DNA from: Syntrophales bacterium
GTDB taxonomy: Bacteria; Desulfobacterota; Syntrophia; Syntrophales; UBA2192
Assembly (NCBI GenBank): GCA_035450185.1
Contig: DAOTMG010000005.1
Location: forward strand, 1-32,000
Direction of reading: 5' to 3'
DNA length: 32,000 nt
In this document: positions 1 to 8,980 of the stretch, piece by piece
Layout: every line of letters begins with the position of its first letter
Numbering within the stretch: position 1 is the first letter of the stretch
The notes under the pieces: model-generated
Databases searched by the model: none
What the model saw: only the letters and a program-made list of their open reading frames with translations
What the model was told of the DNA's origin: nothing
Program-made: the position numbers and the translations under genes

Positions 1-339
<339 letters not shown>

Positions 340-822
340 CTAGGAGTCGTGATTCCGTATATAATATTTCTTCCCGTTCAGGTCGAGGAAGAAGTCCTCC
401 CTCCCCTCTTCCTGCGCGAAATAATCGGCGATCTGGTAATAGCTCGCCCTGAGAAAACGCGCCGGAAAACGCTTTTCCTTGACGTCGCAGTAAAGAACAT
501 TCTCCCGGCCGATGCGGACGGTCTCCGGTGCGAGCTCCTCACATGTTTCGTCGCTCAGGAAAAGAAGGAGTTTCTCGTCACCGTCTTCAGCCGAACCGGC
601 GTGGTACACGGCGCGAACCACGAAGGCCGTGTCTTCCACCTCCACGGATGCGATATCATTGGCATATTCGATATAGTACCCCCCTGAATCATCCCGGTGG
701 AGGTTCTGGTAGAAGAGGTTGACGATTTCCTTTCGGAACATCTCAGCCCCTTTATAGTACCACACGCCTTCTTTGTCGATCCGGATGAAGCTTGGGGGCA
801 GATCCTGGGCCTTGACTGTCAT
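340..822 (-). CDS. hypothetical protein, DUF1285-like
   Basis: 160-aa ORF. The N-terminal pattern IRIDKEGVWYYKG...IVNLFYQNLHRDDSGGYYIEY...VEVEDTAFVV matches my recollection of the DUF1285 family. The family call is from memory and not searched. Confidence 0.55.
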   Translation of the reverse strand: MTVKAQDLPPSFIRIDKEGVWYYKGAEMFRKEIVNLFYQNLHRDDSGGYYIEYANDIASVEVEDTAFVVRAVYHAGSAEDGDEKLLLFLSDETCEELAPETVRIGRENVLYCDVKEKRFPARFLRASYYQIADYFAQEEGREDFFLDLNGKKYYIRNHDS

Positions 823-902
823 GCGGGGATACTCTGGGAGTCCTTTTTTTTTGAAATATCGCTCTTGAGTCCGGTGGAATTCGTAGGGACCTGCGAAAGG
901 AA

Positions 903-1376
903 TCAGCCGGCGGGCCGCAGACCGCCGACCCGGAGCGCTTCGCTGTCGAGCAGGATCGTCACCGGCCCGTCATTGACGAGCCGGACCTTCATCATGGCCT
1001 GGAATTCGCCCTCCCGTACACGGTTCATTCTTGCCCGGGCCGTCTCGACGAAGTATCGGTAGAGATCCCTGGCCGCCTGCGGGTCGGCGGCATCGGTGAA
1101 TGAGGGCCGCCGCCCTTTCCGGCAATCCGCCCAGAGGGTGAACTGGGATACAACCAGCAGCTCACCGCCCGTCTCGAGGAGGGAGAGGTTCATCTTGCCT
1201 TCGGCGTCTTCGAAGATTCGAAGGTGGATGATTTTGTCCAGCAGGTATTCGGCATCCTCCCGGGTGTCCCTTCTTCCCACACCGAGCAGGACGAGGATCC
1301 CCTTTCCGATCCGGGAGATCTCCTTTTGATCCACGGTGATGGAAGCCTCTCCGACGCGCTGGATGAGCGCTCTCAT
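903..1376 (-). CDS. dtd: D-aminoacyl-tRNA deacylase
   Basis: MRALIQRV...GKGILVLLGV...LLVVSQFTLWAD..KGRRPSF is the typical Dtd signature (SQFTL). The ORF track starts at 1418, but the conserved N-terminus begins at ATG 1376..1374. Confidence 0.9.
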   Translation of the reverse strand: MRALIQRVGEASITVDQKEISRIGKGILVLLGVGRRDTREDAEYLLDKIIHLRIFEDAEGKMNLSLLETGGELLVVSQFTLWADCRKGRRPSFTDAADPQAARDLYRYFVETARARMNRVREGEFQAMMKVRLVNDGPVTILLDSEALRVGGLRPAG

Positions 1377-1510
1377 GGGTGACCCTGTCCGCTGCGGTTT
1401 GGGGGATGTTAGCAACAAACCTGTTTCCCTTCAAGCCTTTTCTCTCTTCGCACCGAAGGCCCGATCGCTTTTCCCTTGTTCGGCGAAACGCAACTTGCTA
1501 TATCTTATCC

Positions 1511-2869
1511 GTGTCTGCAAAAAAGAAAACATGTCTCCTGATCAACCCCTGGATTCAGGATTTTGCCGCCTATGACTTCTGGTTGAAACCGCTCGGCATC
1601 CTGTACATCGCCTCCTTCCTCAGGGCCTGCGGTTACGGCGTCGCCTTTCTGGACTGCCTGAACATCCTTCACCCGGCTCTCCCCTCACAGATGCAGGTCG
1701 GGGGTTTCAAAAGACATCCCTCGGGTCGGGGAAGCCTCCCGAGGGAAATCATCCCACGCCCGGCGGCTCTGGCGTCGGTTCCCCGCAGATACAAGCGATA
1801 CGGCATCACCCCACGCATGTTCCGGGATGATCTCCGGGCACTCCCCCGGCCGGATCTCATCCTTGTGACCTCCATGATGACCTACTGGTATCCCGGCGTG
1901 TCGGAAGCCATTCGGTTCATCCGCGACGTCTTCCCCGGTGTGCCGGTGATCCTCGGTGGAATTTACGCGACACTTTGTCCTGACCACGCCGTTCGCGCGA
2001 GCGGCGCCGACTGGGTGCTGCCCGGCGAGGGAGAAGCGGCCCTCGCCGGCTGGATCAGGGATCATTTCGGCGATCGGTCCGTCGCGGAAACCGGAAGCCC
2101 AAACCTGGACGCCCGTCCTTATCCCGCTTTTGATCTTCTGCCCGTCAAAGACCAGCTTCCGATCATGACCTCCAGGGGCTGCCCCTTCCGCTGCAGTTAC
2201 TGCGCATCGCACCTCCTGAGAAAAGACTTCCGGTGCAGGGATCCCATCCGAGTCGTCGACGAGATCGATCACTGGCACCGGCTCTACGGCATCCGGAACT
2301 TCTCCTTTTACGACGACGCCCTCCTGGTCGGGGCGGGGCAGCGGGCCGTCCCGATGATGCGGGAGATCATACGGCGGGGTCTCGACTGTGATTTCCACTG
2401 CCCGAACGGCCTGCACCTGCGGGAGGTCACCGCCGAGGTCGCAGGACTCCTCCATCGGGCCCGTTTCCGGACCATCCGCTTCGGCCTTGAAACGGCCTGC
2501 GAGACGCGTCAGGAGACAACGGGAGGCAAGGTGACCAACGAGGAATTCCGCCGCGCCATCGCCTACCTGAAAGAGGCGGGTTATCGCCCGGAGGACATAG
2601 GGGTTTATATCCTCTGCGGTCTTCCGCACCAGGAGGCGCGAGAGATCCGGGAGTCTATCGATTTTGCGAAATCCTGCGGGGCAAGACCCGTCCTTGCCGA
2701 GTTTTCACCGATCCCCGGTACGCCGGTCTGGGAAGAGGCCGTCGGCGCATCGTTCTACCCCATTGCCGAGGAGCCTCTCTTCCACAACAACACCCTGCTG
2801 CCCTGCCGGAGCGAAAGCCTGACACCGGAGGTCTACCAAGAGCTGAAGAGGCTCTGCCGGAACCGCTAG
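1511..2869 (+). CDS. B12-binding-domain radical SAM protein
   Basis: N-terminal cobalamin-binding-like segment (KKTCLLINPW...LGILYIASFLRACGYGVAFLD ... VPVILGGIYAT), followed by the radical SAM cluster motif SRGCPFRCSYCAS. The track start at 1379 would abut the divergent dtd start. GTG 1511 (VSAKKKTCLLINPW) fits the family N-terminus, but the start remains uncertain. Confidence 0.8.
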   Translation: MSAKKKTCLLINPWIQDFAAYDFWLKPLGILYIASFLRACGYGVAFLDCLNILHPALPSQMQVGGFKRHPSGRGSLPREIIPRPAALASVPRRYKRYGITPRMFRDDLRALPRPDLILVTSMMTYWYPGVSEAIRFIRDVFPGVPVILGGIYATLCPDHAVRASGADWVLPGEGEAALAGWIRDHFGDRSVAETGSPNLDARPYPAFDLLPVKDQLPIMTSRGCPFRCSYCASHLLRKDFRCRDPIRVVDEIDHWHRLYGIRNFSFYDDALLVGAGQRAVPMMREIIRRGLDCDFHCPNGLHLREVTAEVAGLLHRARFRTIRFGLETACETRQETTGGKVTNEEFRRAIAYLKEAGYRPEDIGVYILCGLPHQEAREIRESIDFAKSCGARPVLAEFSPIPGTPVWEEAVGASFYPIAEEPLFHNNTLLPCRSESLTPEVYQELKRLCRNR

Positions 2870-2883
2870 ACGCGGTTTTCCTC

Positions 2884-2912
2884 TTGCATCGACGGCGAAA
2901 AGCCATTATATA
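2884..2912 (+). promoter_or_regulatory. sigma70-type promoter (TTGCAT-17 nt-TATATA) for the small-membrane-protein/M16/M16/M20 operon
   Basis: TTGCAT at 2884-2889, a 17-nt spacer, then TATATA at 2907-2912. It lies about 30 nt upstream of ATG 2944. Confidence 0.45.
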
Positions 2913-2943
2913 GAAACCCTTGCATTGCCATGGGTGGATTTTT

Positions 2944-3165
2944 ATGACACACATCTTCTGGATCAGGCAAATCACCATCGCTCTTTTGTCCCTGTTGTTC
3001 CTGCTGTTCGGCGTCTATCTCCTCTTTTCGGCCTATGGCATGAAAAACCCCCACGAGTTCATCATGACTTTCTTCGCGTCGAACCTCATCATCCTGATCA
3101 GCTTGGTGGGACTCTCCTACCCGGTGTTCAAGATCTTTTCGCATCTGAAATCCCTCAAGACCTGA
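2944..3165 (+). CDS. small hydrophobic protein (two predicted TM helices)
   Basis: MTHIFWIRQITIALLSLLFLLFGVYLLFSAYG...FFASNLIILISLVGLSYPVF. GGGTGGA SD lies 6 nt upstream of ATG 2944. The track start at 2920 is a TTG at the predicted transcription start. The ORF ends 7 nt before the M16 gene. Confidence 0.5.
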   Translation: MTHIFWIRQITIALLSLLFLLFGVYLLFSAYGMKNPHEFIMTFFASNLIILISLVGLSYPVFKIFSHLKSLKT

Positions 3166-3172
3166 GGACGGA

Positions 3173-4702
3173 ATGAAACCGATGTCCCTCATCGATAAAA
3201 GGACGCTCCTCCGTACCTGGCTCCCTCTCCTGGCACTGATGGCAACGTTTGTTTTCGCGCCGTCGTCTGCGCCTGCCTGCGATCTCGAGAAAAAGGTCCG
3301 GAAATACGAACTGGAAAACGGTCTCGTCGTCCTTCTCCTGGAGAGGCACGTCAACCCCACCGTGTCCTTCTATATCCGCCACCGGGTCGGAGCCCTCGAA
3401 GAGGGTGAAGGATTGACGGGAACGGCCCATCTCCTCGAACACATGCTCTTCAAGGGGACGAAGACGATCGGGACGAAAGACTACCGCAGGGAGAAGAAAG
3501 TCCTGGACGAAATCCGCAAGACGGGAAACGCCCTCGATCTGGAGCGTCTCAAGGGCGAGCAGGCCGACAAAAAGACCGTCGAGCGTCTGTCTGCCGAACT
3601 TCGCGAACTCCAGACCCGGGCCAAGGGCCTGATGGTCGATAATGAAATCGACAGACTTTACACCGAAAACGGCGCCGTCGATCTCAACGCCTCGACGGGC
3701 CAGGACCTGACGACCTATCATGTGAGTCTGCCGGCCAACAAGGTGGAACTGTGGGCCCGGATCGAGTCCGACCGGATGGAGAACACGGTTTTCCGCGAGT
3801 TCTACTCTGAGCGGGACGTCGTCAATGAGGAAAGAAGGCAGACCGTCGAATCGGTTCCCAAGCGGAAACTCATGGAGCTTTTTCTGGCCACGGCCTTCAA
3901 GGCCCATCCTTACCGGCGACCGATCATCGGGTGGCCCTCGGACGTTTCTTCGCTCCCCATCGACTACGTCGAGCGGTTTTTCAAGACCTACCATGCACCG
4001 AATAACACCGTCATCGCCGTCGTCGGCGACATCGATCCGGCCGCGACCCTGAAGGTTGTGAAGAAATACTTCGGCGCCATCGGCCGGGCGCCGCTCCCTC
4101 CTCTCCGCGTGACGACGGAGCCGCCGCAGGCGGGCGAGAGGCGCGTGGAACTCCTGGCCGACGCGAACCCCTACCTCCTGATCGGCTATCACAAACCCGC
4201 CCTCCCCGCTTTCGACGACTACGTCTTCGACGTCATCGACGCTCTTCTGACCCGGGGCCGGACGTCCCGGCTTTACAGGGCTCTGGTGGAGGAGCGGGGT
4301 CTCGCGGAGAGCATCGACACGGCAAACGGCTTCCCGGGCTCCAAATATCCCAACCTCTTCGTCTTCATGGCCGCGCCGCGGCACCCGCACACGGCAAAGG
4401 AGCTCGAAGATGCGATTTATGAGGAGATCGAAAAGTTGAAGCGTGAGCCGGTGACCGCCCGGGAGCTCGAAAAGGTCCTGAACCAGTTCCGGGCCGACCT
4501 GGTCCGTGACCTCGACTCCAACAGAGGACTGGCGAGCAAGCTGTCCTATTACGAGGCGATCGCCGGCGATTTCCGTTACATCACAGGGCACCTCCAGGTC
4601 GTCGAGTCGATCCGGCCCGAGGACATCATGAAGACCGCCCGGACCTATCTCACCTCCGAAAACAGGACCGTCGCCACGGTGGTCCGAAAGGAAAAACCAT
4701 GA
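3173..4702 (+). CDS. M16 (pitrilysin/insulinase) family zinc peptidase, active subunit, secreted
   Basis: Inverted zinc motif HxxEH in GTAHLLEHMLFKGT. N-terminal signal peptide (LLRTWLPLLALMATFVFAPSSAPA). 509 aa. Confidence 0.9.
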   Translation: MKPMSLIDKRTLLRTWLPLLALMATFVFAPSSAPACDLEKKVRKYELENGLVVLLLERHVNPTVSFYIRHRVGALEEGEGLTGTAHLLEHMLFKGTKTIGTKDYRREKKVLDEIRKTGNALDLERLKGEQADKKTVERLSAELRELQTRAKGLMVDNEIDRLYTENGAVDLNASTGQDLTTYHVSLPANKVELWARIESDRMENTVFREFYSERDVVNEERRQTVESVPKRKLMELFLATAFKAHPYRRPIIGWPSDVSSLPIDYVERFFKTYHAPNNTVIAVVGDIDPAATLKVVKKYFGAIGRAPLPPLRVTTEPPQAGERRVELLADANPYLLIGYHKPALPAFDDYVFDVIDALLTRGRTSRLYRALVEERGLAESIDTANGFPGSKYPNLFVFMAAPRHPHTAKELEDAIYEEIEKLKREPVTARELEKVLNQFRADLVRDLDSNRGLASKLSYYEAIAGDFRYITGHLQVVESIRPEDIMKTARTYLTSENRTVATVVRKEKP

Positions 4703-6114
4703 GCGCCGGGCGGCTGTTCTTCATCTTCCTGATCGCGGTCCTCCTGTTGCCCCCGGGTGACGGGAACGGAGCTCCGCCCCTGCCGGACCCGCAAAAGCTG
4801 AAATACCCCGCTCTTACTTTTTCTCCCCCGGAGCCGCAGCGCGTCGAGCTCGAAAACGGCATGGTCCTTTACGTGCTCGAAGACCGGGAATTGCCCGTGG
4901 TCAACATTTCGGCCGTCATCCGGACCGGGTCCGCCTACGACCCGGAGGGGCGGGAGGGGCTCGCCGACCTCACGGCCCGTGTCATGAGGACGGGCGGCAC
5001 GCGGAGCATGACCGGGGACGAAGTCGACAATCTCCTCGAATTCACCGCCGCGACCCTGTCGCTCTCGGCGGGGACCGACGCCGCCACGGCCGATTTCTTT
5101 GTCCTGAAAAAGGACTTCGACCGCGTCTTCGGGGTCTTTGCCGACATCCTGATGGCCCCCGCTTTCAATGAAAAAAAGCTCGAACTGGCCAAGAACCTCA
5201 AGATCGAGGAATTGCGGCGAATTGCCGACGTCCCTCAGAAACTGGCTTTCCGGGAGTTCCGGAAAGTGCTCTACAGCGGAAATCCGCGGGGGCGGCTGTC
5301 GACCGTAGAATCCATCGGCCGCATTGAAAGGGAGGATCTGGAAGGATTCCACCGTCGGTTCTTCTCCCCCCGCAACGTCATGATGGCCGTCTCCGGCGAT
5401 ATCGACGGCAGGGAGATCGTAGAGAAATTCCGCCGTCATTTCGGGTCCTGGCGGGGTGACGGGCCCGTCAGGGATGTCCCGCCGCCGGGAGAAAAACTCT
5501 CCGCTTCGATCCACTATCTCCAAAAGGAGGGGCCTCAGTCGACGATCATCATCGGGTTTCTCGCCCCCGAGAAAAAGAGCGACGATTTTTATCCCTTCAC
5601 TCTTCTCGACTTCATTGTCGGAAGCGGCGGGTTCCGGTCCCGGATCTTCAGCGAAATCCGCAGCAACCTGGGGCTCGCCTACAGCGCGGGCAGTTACTAC
5701 GAGGGCCGGACGGGGTACGGTGTCTTCGGTTCCTATGCCATCACGAAATCCGATGCCACAGGCAGGGTTTTCGCCCGGCTGCAGGAAATCCTTAAGGACG
5801 TCACCCGCCGGAGGGTCGGGGAAGAGGAGCTCCTCTGGGCCAAGCGCTCGATCGTCAACAGCTTTATCTTCTCCTTCAGCTCGACCGACATGATCGCGAC
5901 ACAGCAGATGATGATCGAATTCCTCGGCCTCCCGCCCGGTTATCTCCGCGATTATCGCGGCCGCATCGAGGCTGTGCCGCCGGAAGACCTCCTCCGGGTC
6001 GCGGTGCGATACCTCCGCGGCGATCGAGCAACCGTCCTGATCGTCGGCGACGAAAAAAATTTCGACCGTCCCCTTTCCTCCTTCGGGGACGTGAGGAAAA
6101 TAGAGGCAAAGTAG
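4699..6114 (+). CDS. M16 family peptidase, non-catalytic partner subunit, secreted
   Basis: M16 fold-like length and sequence, but the HxxEH position reads LADLTARVMRTGGT, so there is no zinc motif. Signal peptide LFFIFLIAVLLLPP. ATGA start/stop overlap with the upstream M16 gene. Confidence 0.85.
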   Translation: MSAGRLFFIFLIAVLLLPPGDGNGAPPLPDPQKLKYPALTFSPPEPQRVELENGMVLYVLEDRELPVVNISAVIRTGSAYDPEGREGLADLTARVMRTGGTRSMTGDEVDNLLEFTAATLSLSAGTDAATADFFVLKKDFDRVFGVFADILMAPAFNEKKLELAKNLKIEELRRIADVPQKLAFREFRKVLYSGNPRGRLSTVESIGRIEREDLEGFHRRFFSPRNVMMAVSGDIDGREIVEKFRRHFGSWRGDGPVRDVPPPGEKLSASIHYLQKEGPQSTIIIGFLAPEKKSDDFYPFTLLDFIVGSGGFRSRIFSEIRSNLGLAYSAGSYYEGRTGYGVFGSYAITKSDATGRVFARLQEILKDVTRRRVGEEELLWAKRSIVNSFIFSFSSTDMIATQQMMIEFLGLPPGYLRDYRGRIEAVPPEDLLRVAVRYLRGDRATVLIVGDEKNFDRPLSSFGDVRKIEAK

Positions 6115-6117
6115 ACC

Positions 6118-7359
6118 ATGATCGATCGTTCCCTTTATCAGAGAATCGCGGGACGTATCGACTCCTACCGTGATGACATGGTCCGGATGCAGATCGAACT
6201 GACGGCCATCCCGGCTCTGGCCCCCGAAAACGGGGGGGACGGGGAGGAGAGAAAAGCCGCCTATCTCGCGAAGCGGCTCCGATCCCTGGGTTTCGACGGC
6301 ATCGAGGAGCATCGGGTTCCCGACGACCGGGTGTCCTGCGGATACCGTCCGAACATCGCCGTTCATATCCAGGGGAAACGGCCGGACGGGAAGGTCTGGA
6401 TCCTGACCCACCTGGACATCGTCCCGCCGGGGGAGCGGACAGCCTGGGAGAACGATCCCTACCAGGGTTTCGAGCGCGACGGCCGCGTTTACGGCCGCGG
6501 CACGGAAGACAATCAGCAGGACATGGTGGCCTCGATCTTCGCCGTCAAGGCCTTCCTCGACGAGGGAATCCGGCCCGAACGCCCGATCGGGCTCGTCTTT
6601 GTCGCCGATGAGGAAACGGGAAGCAAATGGGGCATCGATTATCTGGTCACGAACGGCAGGATTTCCGTCCATGAAACCGATCTCGTGGTCATCCCCGATT
6701 TCGGAAACGACGACGGCTCCATGATCGAGGTGGCGGAAAAGAGCGTGCTCTGGGTCCGTTTCCAGACGAAAGGCAGGCAGTGCCACGCGAGCAAACCCTC
6801 CCTCGGGAACAACGCCTTCCTGGCGGCCTCGAACCTCGTCGTCAGGCTTCAGACGCTGCACACCCTGTTCGACGCCGTGGACCCGCGCTACGACCCCCCC
6901 GGGAGCACTTTCGAGCCGACGAAAAAAGAGGCCAATGTTCCGAACGTCAACACGATCCCCGGCGACGACATTTTCTACCTGGACTGCAGGATTCTGCCGG
7001 ACTATTCTCTGGACGACGTGCTCGGGCGGATGCGGACCATCGCCGATGAAGTTGAAACCGCTTTCGGCGTCCGCATCGAAATCTCGACGATCCAGAAGCT
7101 TCAGGCCCCGCCGCCGACTCCGGACAACGCACCGGTCGTCCGGGCCCTCCAGGAAGCCGTCAGGGAGGTGTACGGCGTCTCGGCATCTCCCGTGGGGATC
7201 GGCGGCGGAACGGTGGCCGCCTTCTTCCGCAGCGGGGGGTTTCCGGCCGCCGTGTGGAGCCGGATCGGCCAGAACGCCCATCAGCCCAATGAAAGCTGCC
7301 TCATCGAAAACATGATCGGAAACGCCAAGGTCTACTGCCGCCTTTTCCTCCAGCCCTGA
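6118..7359 (+). CDS. M20 family metallohydrolase (DapE/ArgE-like)
   Basis: THLDIVPPGE..W..DPY, GRGTEDNQQ and VADEETGS are the M20 metal-binding and catalytic motifs. Starts 3 nt after the M16 partner. Confidence 0.85.
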   Translation: MIDRSLYQRIAGRIDSYRDDMVRMQIELTAIPALAPENGGDGEERKAAYLAKRLRSLGFDGIEEHRVPDDRVSCGYRPNIAVHIQGKRPDGKVWILTHLDIVPPGERTAWENDPYQGFERDGRVYGRGTEDNQQDMVASIFAVKAFLDEGIRPERPIGLVFVADEETGSKWGIDYLVTNGRISVHETDLVVIPDFGNDDGSMIEVAEKSVLWVRFQTKGRQCHASKPSLGNNAFLAASNLVVRLQTLHTLFDAVDPRYDPPGSTFEPTKKEANVPNVNTIPGDDIFYLDCRILPDYSLDDVLGRMRTIADEVETAFGVRIEISTIQKLQAPPPTPDNAPVVRALQEAVREVYGVSASPVGIGGGTVAAFFRSGGFPAAVWSRIGQNAHQPNESCLIENMIGNAKVYCRLFLQP

Positions 7360-7376
7360 GGAGACCGTAAAACCGG

Positions 7377-7405
7377 TTGCAATGAAAGGGCTAACATGTT
7401 AGCAT
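7377..7405 (+). promoter_or_regulatory. candidate phoH promoter (TTGCAA-17 nt-TGnTAGCAT)
   Basis: TTGCAA at 7377-7382 and TAGCAT at 7400-7405, preceded by TG at 7397-7398 (extended -10). It lies 37 nt upstream of the TTG start at 7442. Confidence 0.35.
7390..7403. promoter_or_regulatory. perfect 14-bp palindrome GCTAACATGTTAGC overlapping the candidate phoH -10
   Basis: Read directly. Its position overlapping the -10 suggests an operator. Confidence 0.35.
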
Positions 7406-7441
7406 CCTTATGAAAATCAGACGGAAAAACCGGGTCTTTTA

Positions 7442-8437
7442 TTGAAGGCACAGCTGGAAGATTTATCCCTTCGCAAGTTAAGCTTTCCCAACAACAGCGT
7501 CCTGCGCCTTCTTTTCGGCGAACGGGACCAGCACATCAAACTCATCGAAAAGCTTCGGAAGGTGAAGATCTCCGTCCGGGGGAACCAGGTCTCCCTCTCG
7601 GGGGACCGCTTCGACGTCGACCTCACCGAACGGCTCCTCGTCCAGCTCTACGGCCTCATCGAAAAGGGCTACCCCGTCTTTTCGACCGATATCGATTTCG
7701 CCCTCCGGATTCTGACGGAAAACAGATCCACCCACCTCGAGGATATCTTCCTCGACCGGGTCTTCATCTCCTCGAAGAAACGGATCATCACCCCCAAGAG
7801 CATCGCCCAGAAACAGTACATCGACGCCATCCGGAAGCACGACATGGTGTTCGGGATCGGCCCGGCGGGCACGGGAAAGACCTACCTCGCCATGGCGATG
7901 GCGGTGGCCTACCTCATCGACAAGAAAGTGAACCGCATCGTCCTGACGAGGCCGGCGCTGGAGGCCGGCGAAAAACTGGGCTTCCTCCCCGGCGATCTGG
8001 CCGACAAGATCAACCCCTATCTCCGGCCGCTCTACGACGCCCTGTACGACATGATGGATTTCGACAAGGCCATGGATCTCACGGCCAAAGGCGTCATCGA
8101 GGTCGCTCCGCTCGCCTTCATGAGAGGGCGCACGCTCAATGACTCGATCGTAATCCTCGACGAAGCGCAGAACACCACCTCCGAGCAGATGAAGATGTTT
8201 CTCACGAGACTCGGGTTCGGCTCGAAGGCGATCATCACGGGGGACGTGACCCAGACCGACCTGCCCTCCGACAGGACCTCGGGCCTGATCGAGGTGGAGG
8301 GCATCCTGGGACAGACACCGGGTATCAGCTTCATCTATTTCACCGAGATCGACGTGGTACGGCATCCCCTGGTTCAGGACATCATCCGCGCCTACAACCA
8401 CATCGACCGGAAAAAGGCGCGGCCCAGGGAAACCTGA
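7442..8437 (+). CDS. ybeZ: PhoH-like ATPase (YbeZ)
   Basis: Walker A GPAGTGKTYLAMA, Walker B IVILDEAQN, and the PhoH C-terminal region ITGDVTQTDLP. TTG start. Confidence 0.9.
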   Translation: MKAQLEDLSLRKLSFPNNSVLRLLFGERDQHIKLIEKLRKVKISVRGNQVSLSGDRFDVDLTERLLVQLYGLIEKGYPVFSTDIDFALRILTENRSTHLEDIFLDRVFISSKKRIITPKSIAQKQYIDAIRKHDMVFGIGPAGTGKTYLAMAMAVAYLIDKKVNRIVLTRPALEAGEKLGFLPGDLADKINPYLRPLYDALYDMMDFDKAMDLTAKGVIEVAPLAFMRGRTLNDSIVILDEAQNTTSEQMKMFLTRLGFGSKAIITGDVTQTDLPSDRTSGLIEVEGILGQTPGISFIYFTEIDVVRHPLVQDIIRAYNHIDRKKARPRET

Positions 8438-8476
8438 CCTGCCGTCGCTTTCCACGAAAAAAATCCGGGATCATCC

Positions 8477-8926
8477 ATGGCCGTCATCATTCAGAACAGG
8501 CAGGCGTCCCCAAAAGTCGATATCCCGGCCCTTCGTCGTTCCGCCCGGACGGTCCTGAGATACCTGGGCCGCCCCCGGGACGAAGTCAGCATCCTGCTCG
8601 TGGACGACCGGGAGATCCGGGACATGAACAGGACCTACCTCAAGCGGGACCGTCCGACCAATGTCATCGCCTTCCCCATGCACGAGGGCCCCTTCCGGGA
8701 TCTTCACCCGCGGTTGCTGGGCGACGTCGTTATTTCCATAGAGACCGCCGCCCGTGACGCGGCAAAGGAAGGGGTGACCCTCGAGGATGAAATTCTATTT
8801 CTTATGATCCACGGCGTGCTCCATCTCCTCGGCTACGACCACGAGGGAACCGGGGCCGACGGCCGACGCATGAGGGACCAGGAGCGGAGGGTCTTCGACG
8901 CCGTGAAAAACACCGCCGGGAAATAA
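8477..8926 (+). CDS. ybeY: rRNA maturation endoribonuclease YbeY
   Basis: 149 aa with the zinc-binding motif HGVLHLLGYDH. Located directly downstream of phoH, as in the conserved ybeZ-ybeY pair. Confidence 0.9.
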   Translation: MAVIIQNRQASPKVDIPALRRSARTVLRYLGRPRDEVSILLVDDREIRDMNRTYLKRDRPTNVIAFPMHEGPFRDLHPRLLGDVVISIETAARDAAKEGVTLEDEILFLMIHGVLHLLGYDHEGTGADGRRMRDQERRVFDAVKNTAGK

Positions 8927-8931
8927 AAAAA

Positions 8932-8954
8932 GCGACGCCGGTTCCCGGCGTCGC
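8932..8954. terminator. bidirectional hairpin terminator between convergent ybeY and the transglycosylase gene
   Basis: GCGACGCCGG-ttc-CCGGCGTCGC gives a perfect 10-bp stem. An A-run lies on its 5' side (8925-8931). Confidence 0.6.
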
Positions 8955-8980
8955 CCGATCGTGCGATCTTCAGGATCGGA

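Noticed and set aside
827-852. Hairpin-like GGATACTC-tgg-GAGTCC followed by T9 on the plus strand, which looks like an intrinsic terminator.
   Set aside because: No plus-strand gene ends here, and the stem is only 4 contiguous bp. On the coding (minus) strand it is simply an A9 tract in the 5' leader of the DUF1285-like gene.
1379-1510. N-terminal extensions proposed by the ORF track. These include the rSAM start at 1379, dtd 1418, mltD 10831, carB 30421, ATP-grasp-2 18476, the small ORF at 19913, the membrane ORF at 2920 and prfB TTG 12171.
   Set aside because: In each case the conserved family N-terminus begins at a downstream start that has a better SD or better context. For prfB the real start is in another frame.
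4645-7281. Very long antisense ORFs. Examples: 878 aa at 4645-7281 (-), 478 aa at 3155-4591 (-), 668 aa at 13708-15714 (+), 589 aa at 20974-22743 (+), 561 aa at 9038-10723 (+), 440 aa at 29126-30448 (+), 410 aa at 24802-26034 (+) and 16030-17262 (-).
   Set aside because: Each lies opposite a gene with unmistakable conserved motifs (M16/M20, corC/rSAM, lon, mltD, carB, tig, kamA). Their products are Arg/Gly/Pro/Asp/Val-rich low-complexity sequences, typical of shadow ORFs in GC-rich DNA. No motifs were recognised.
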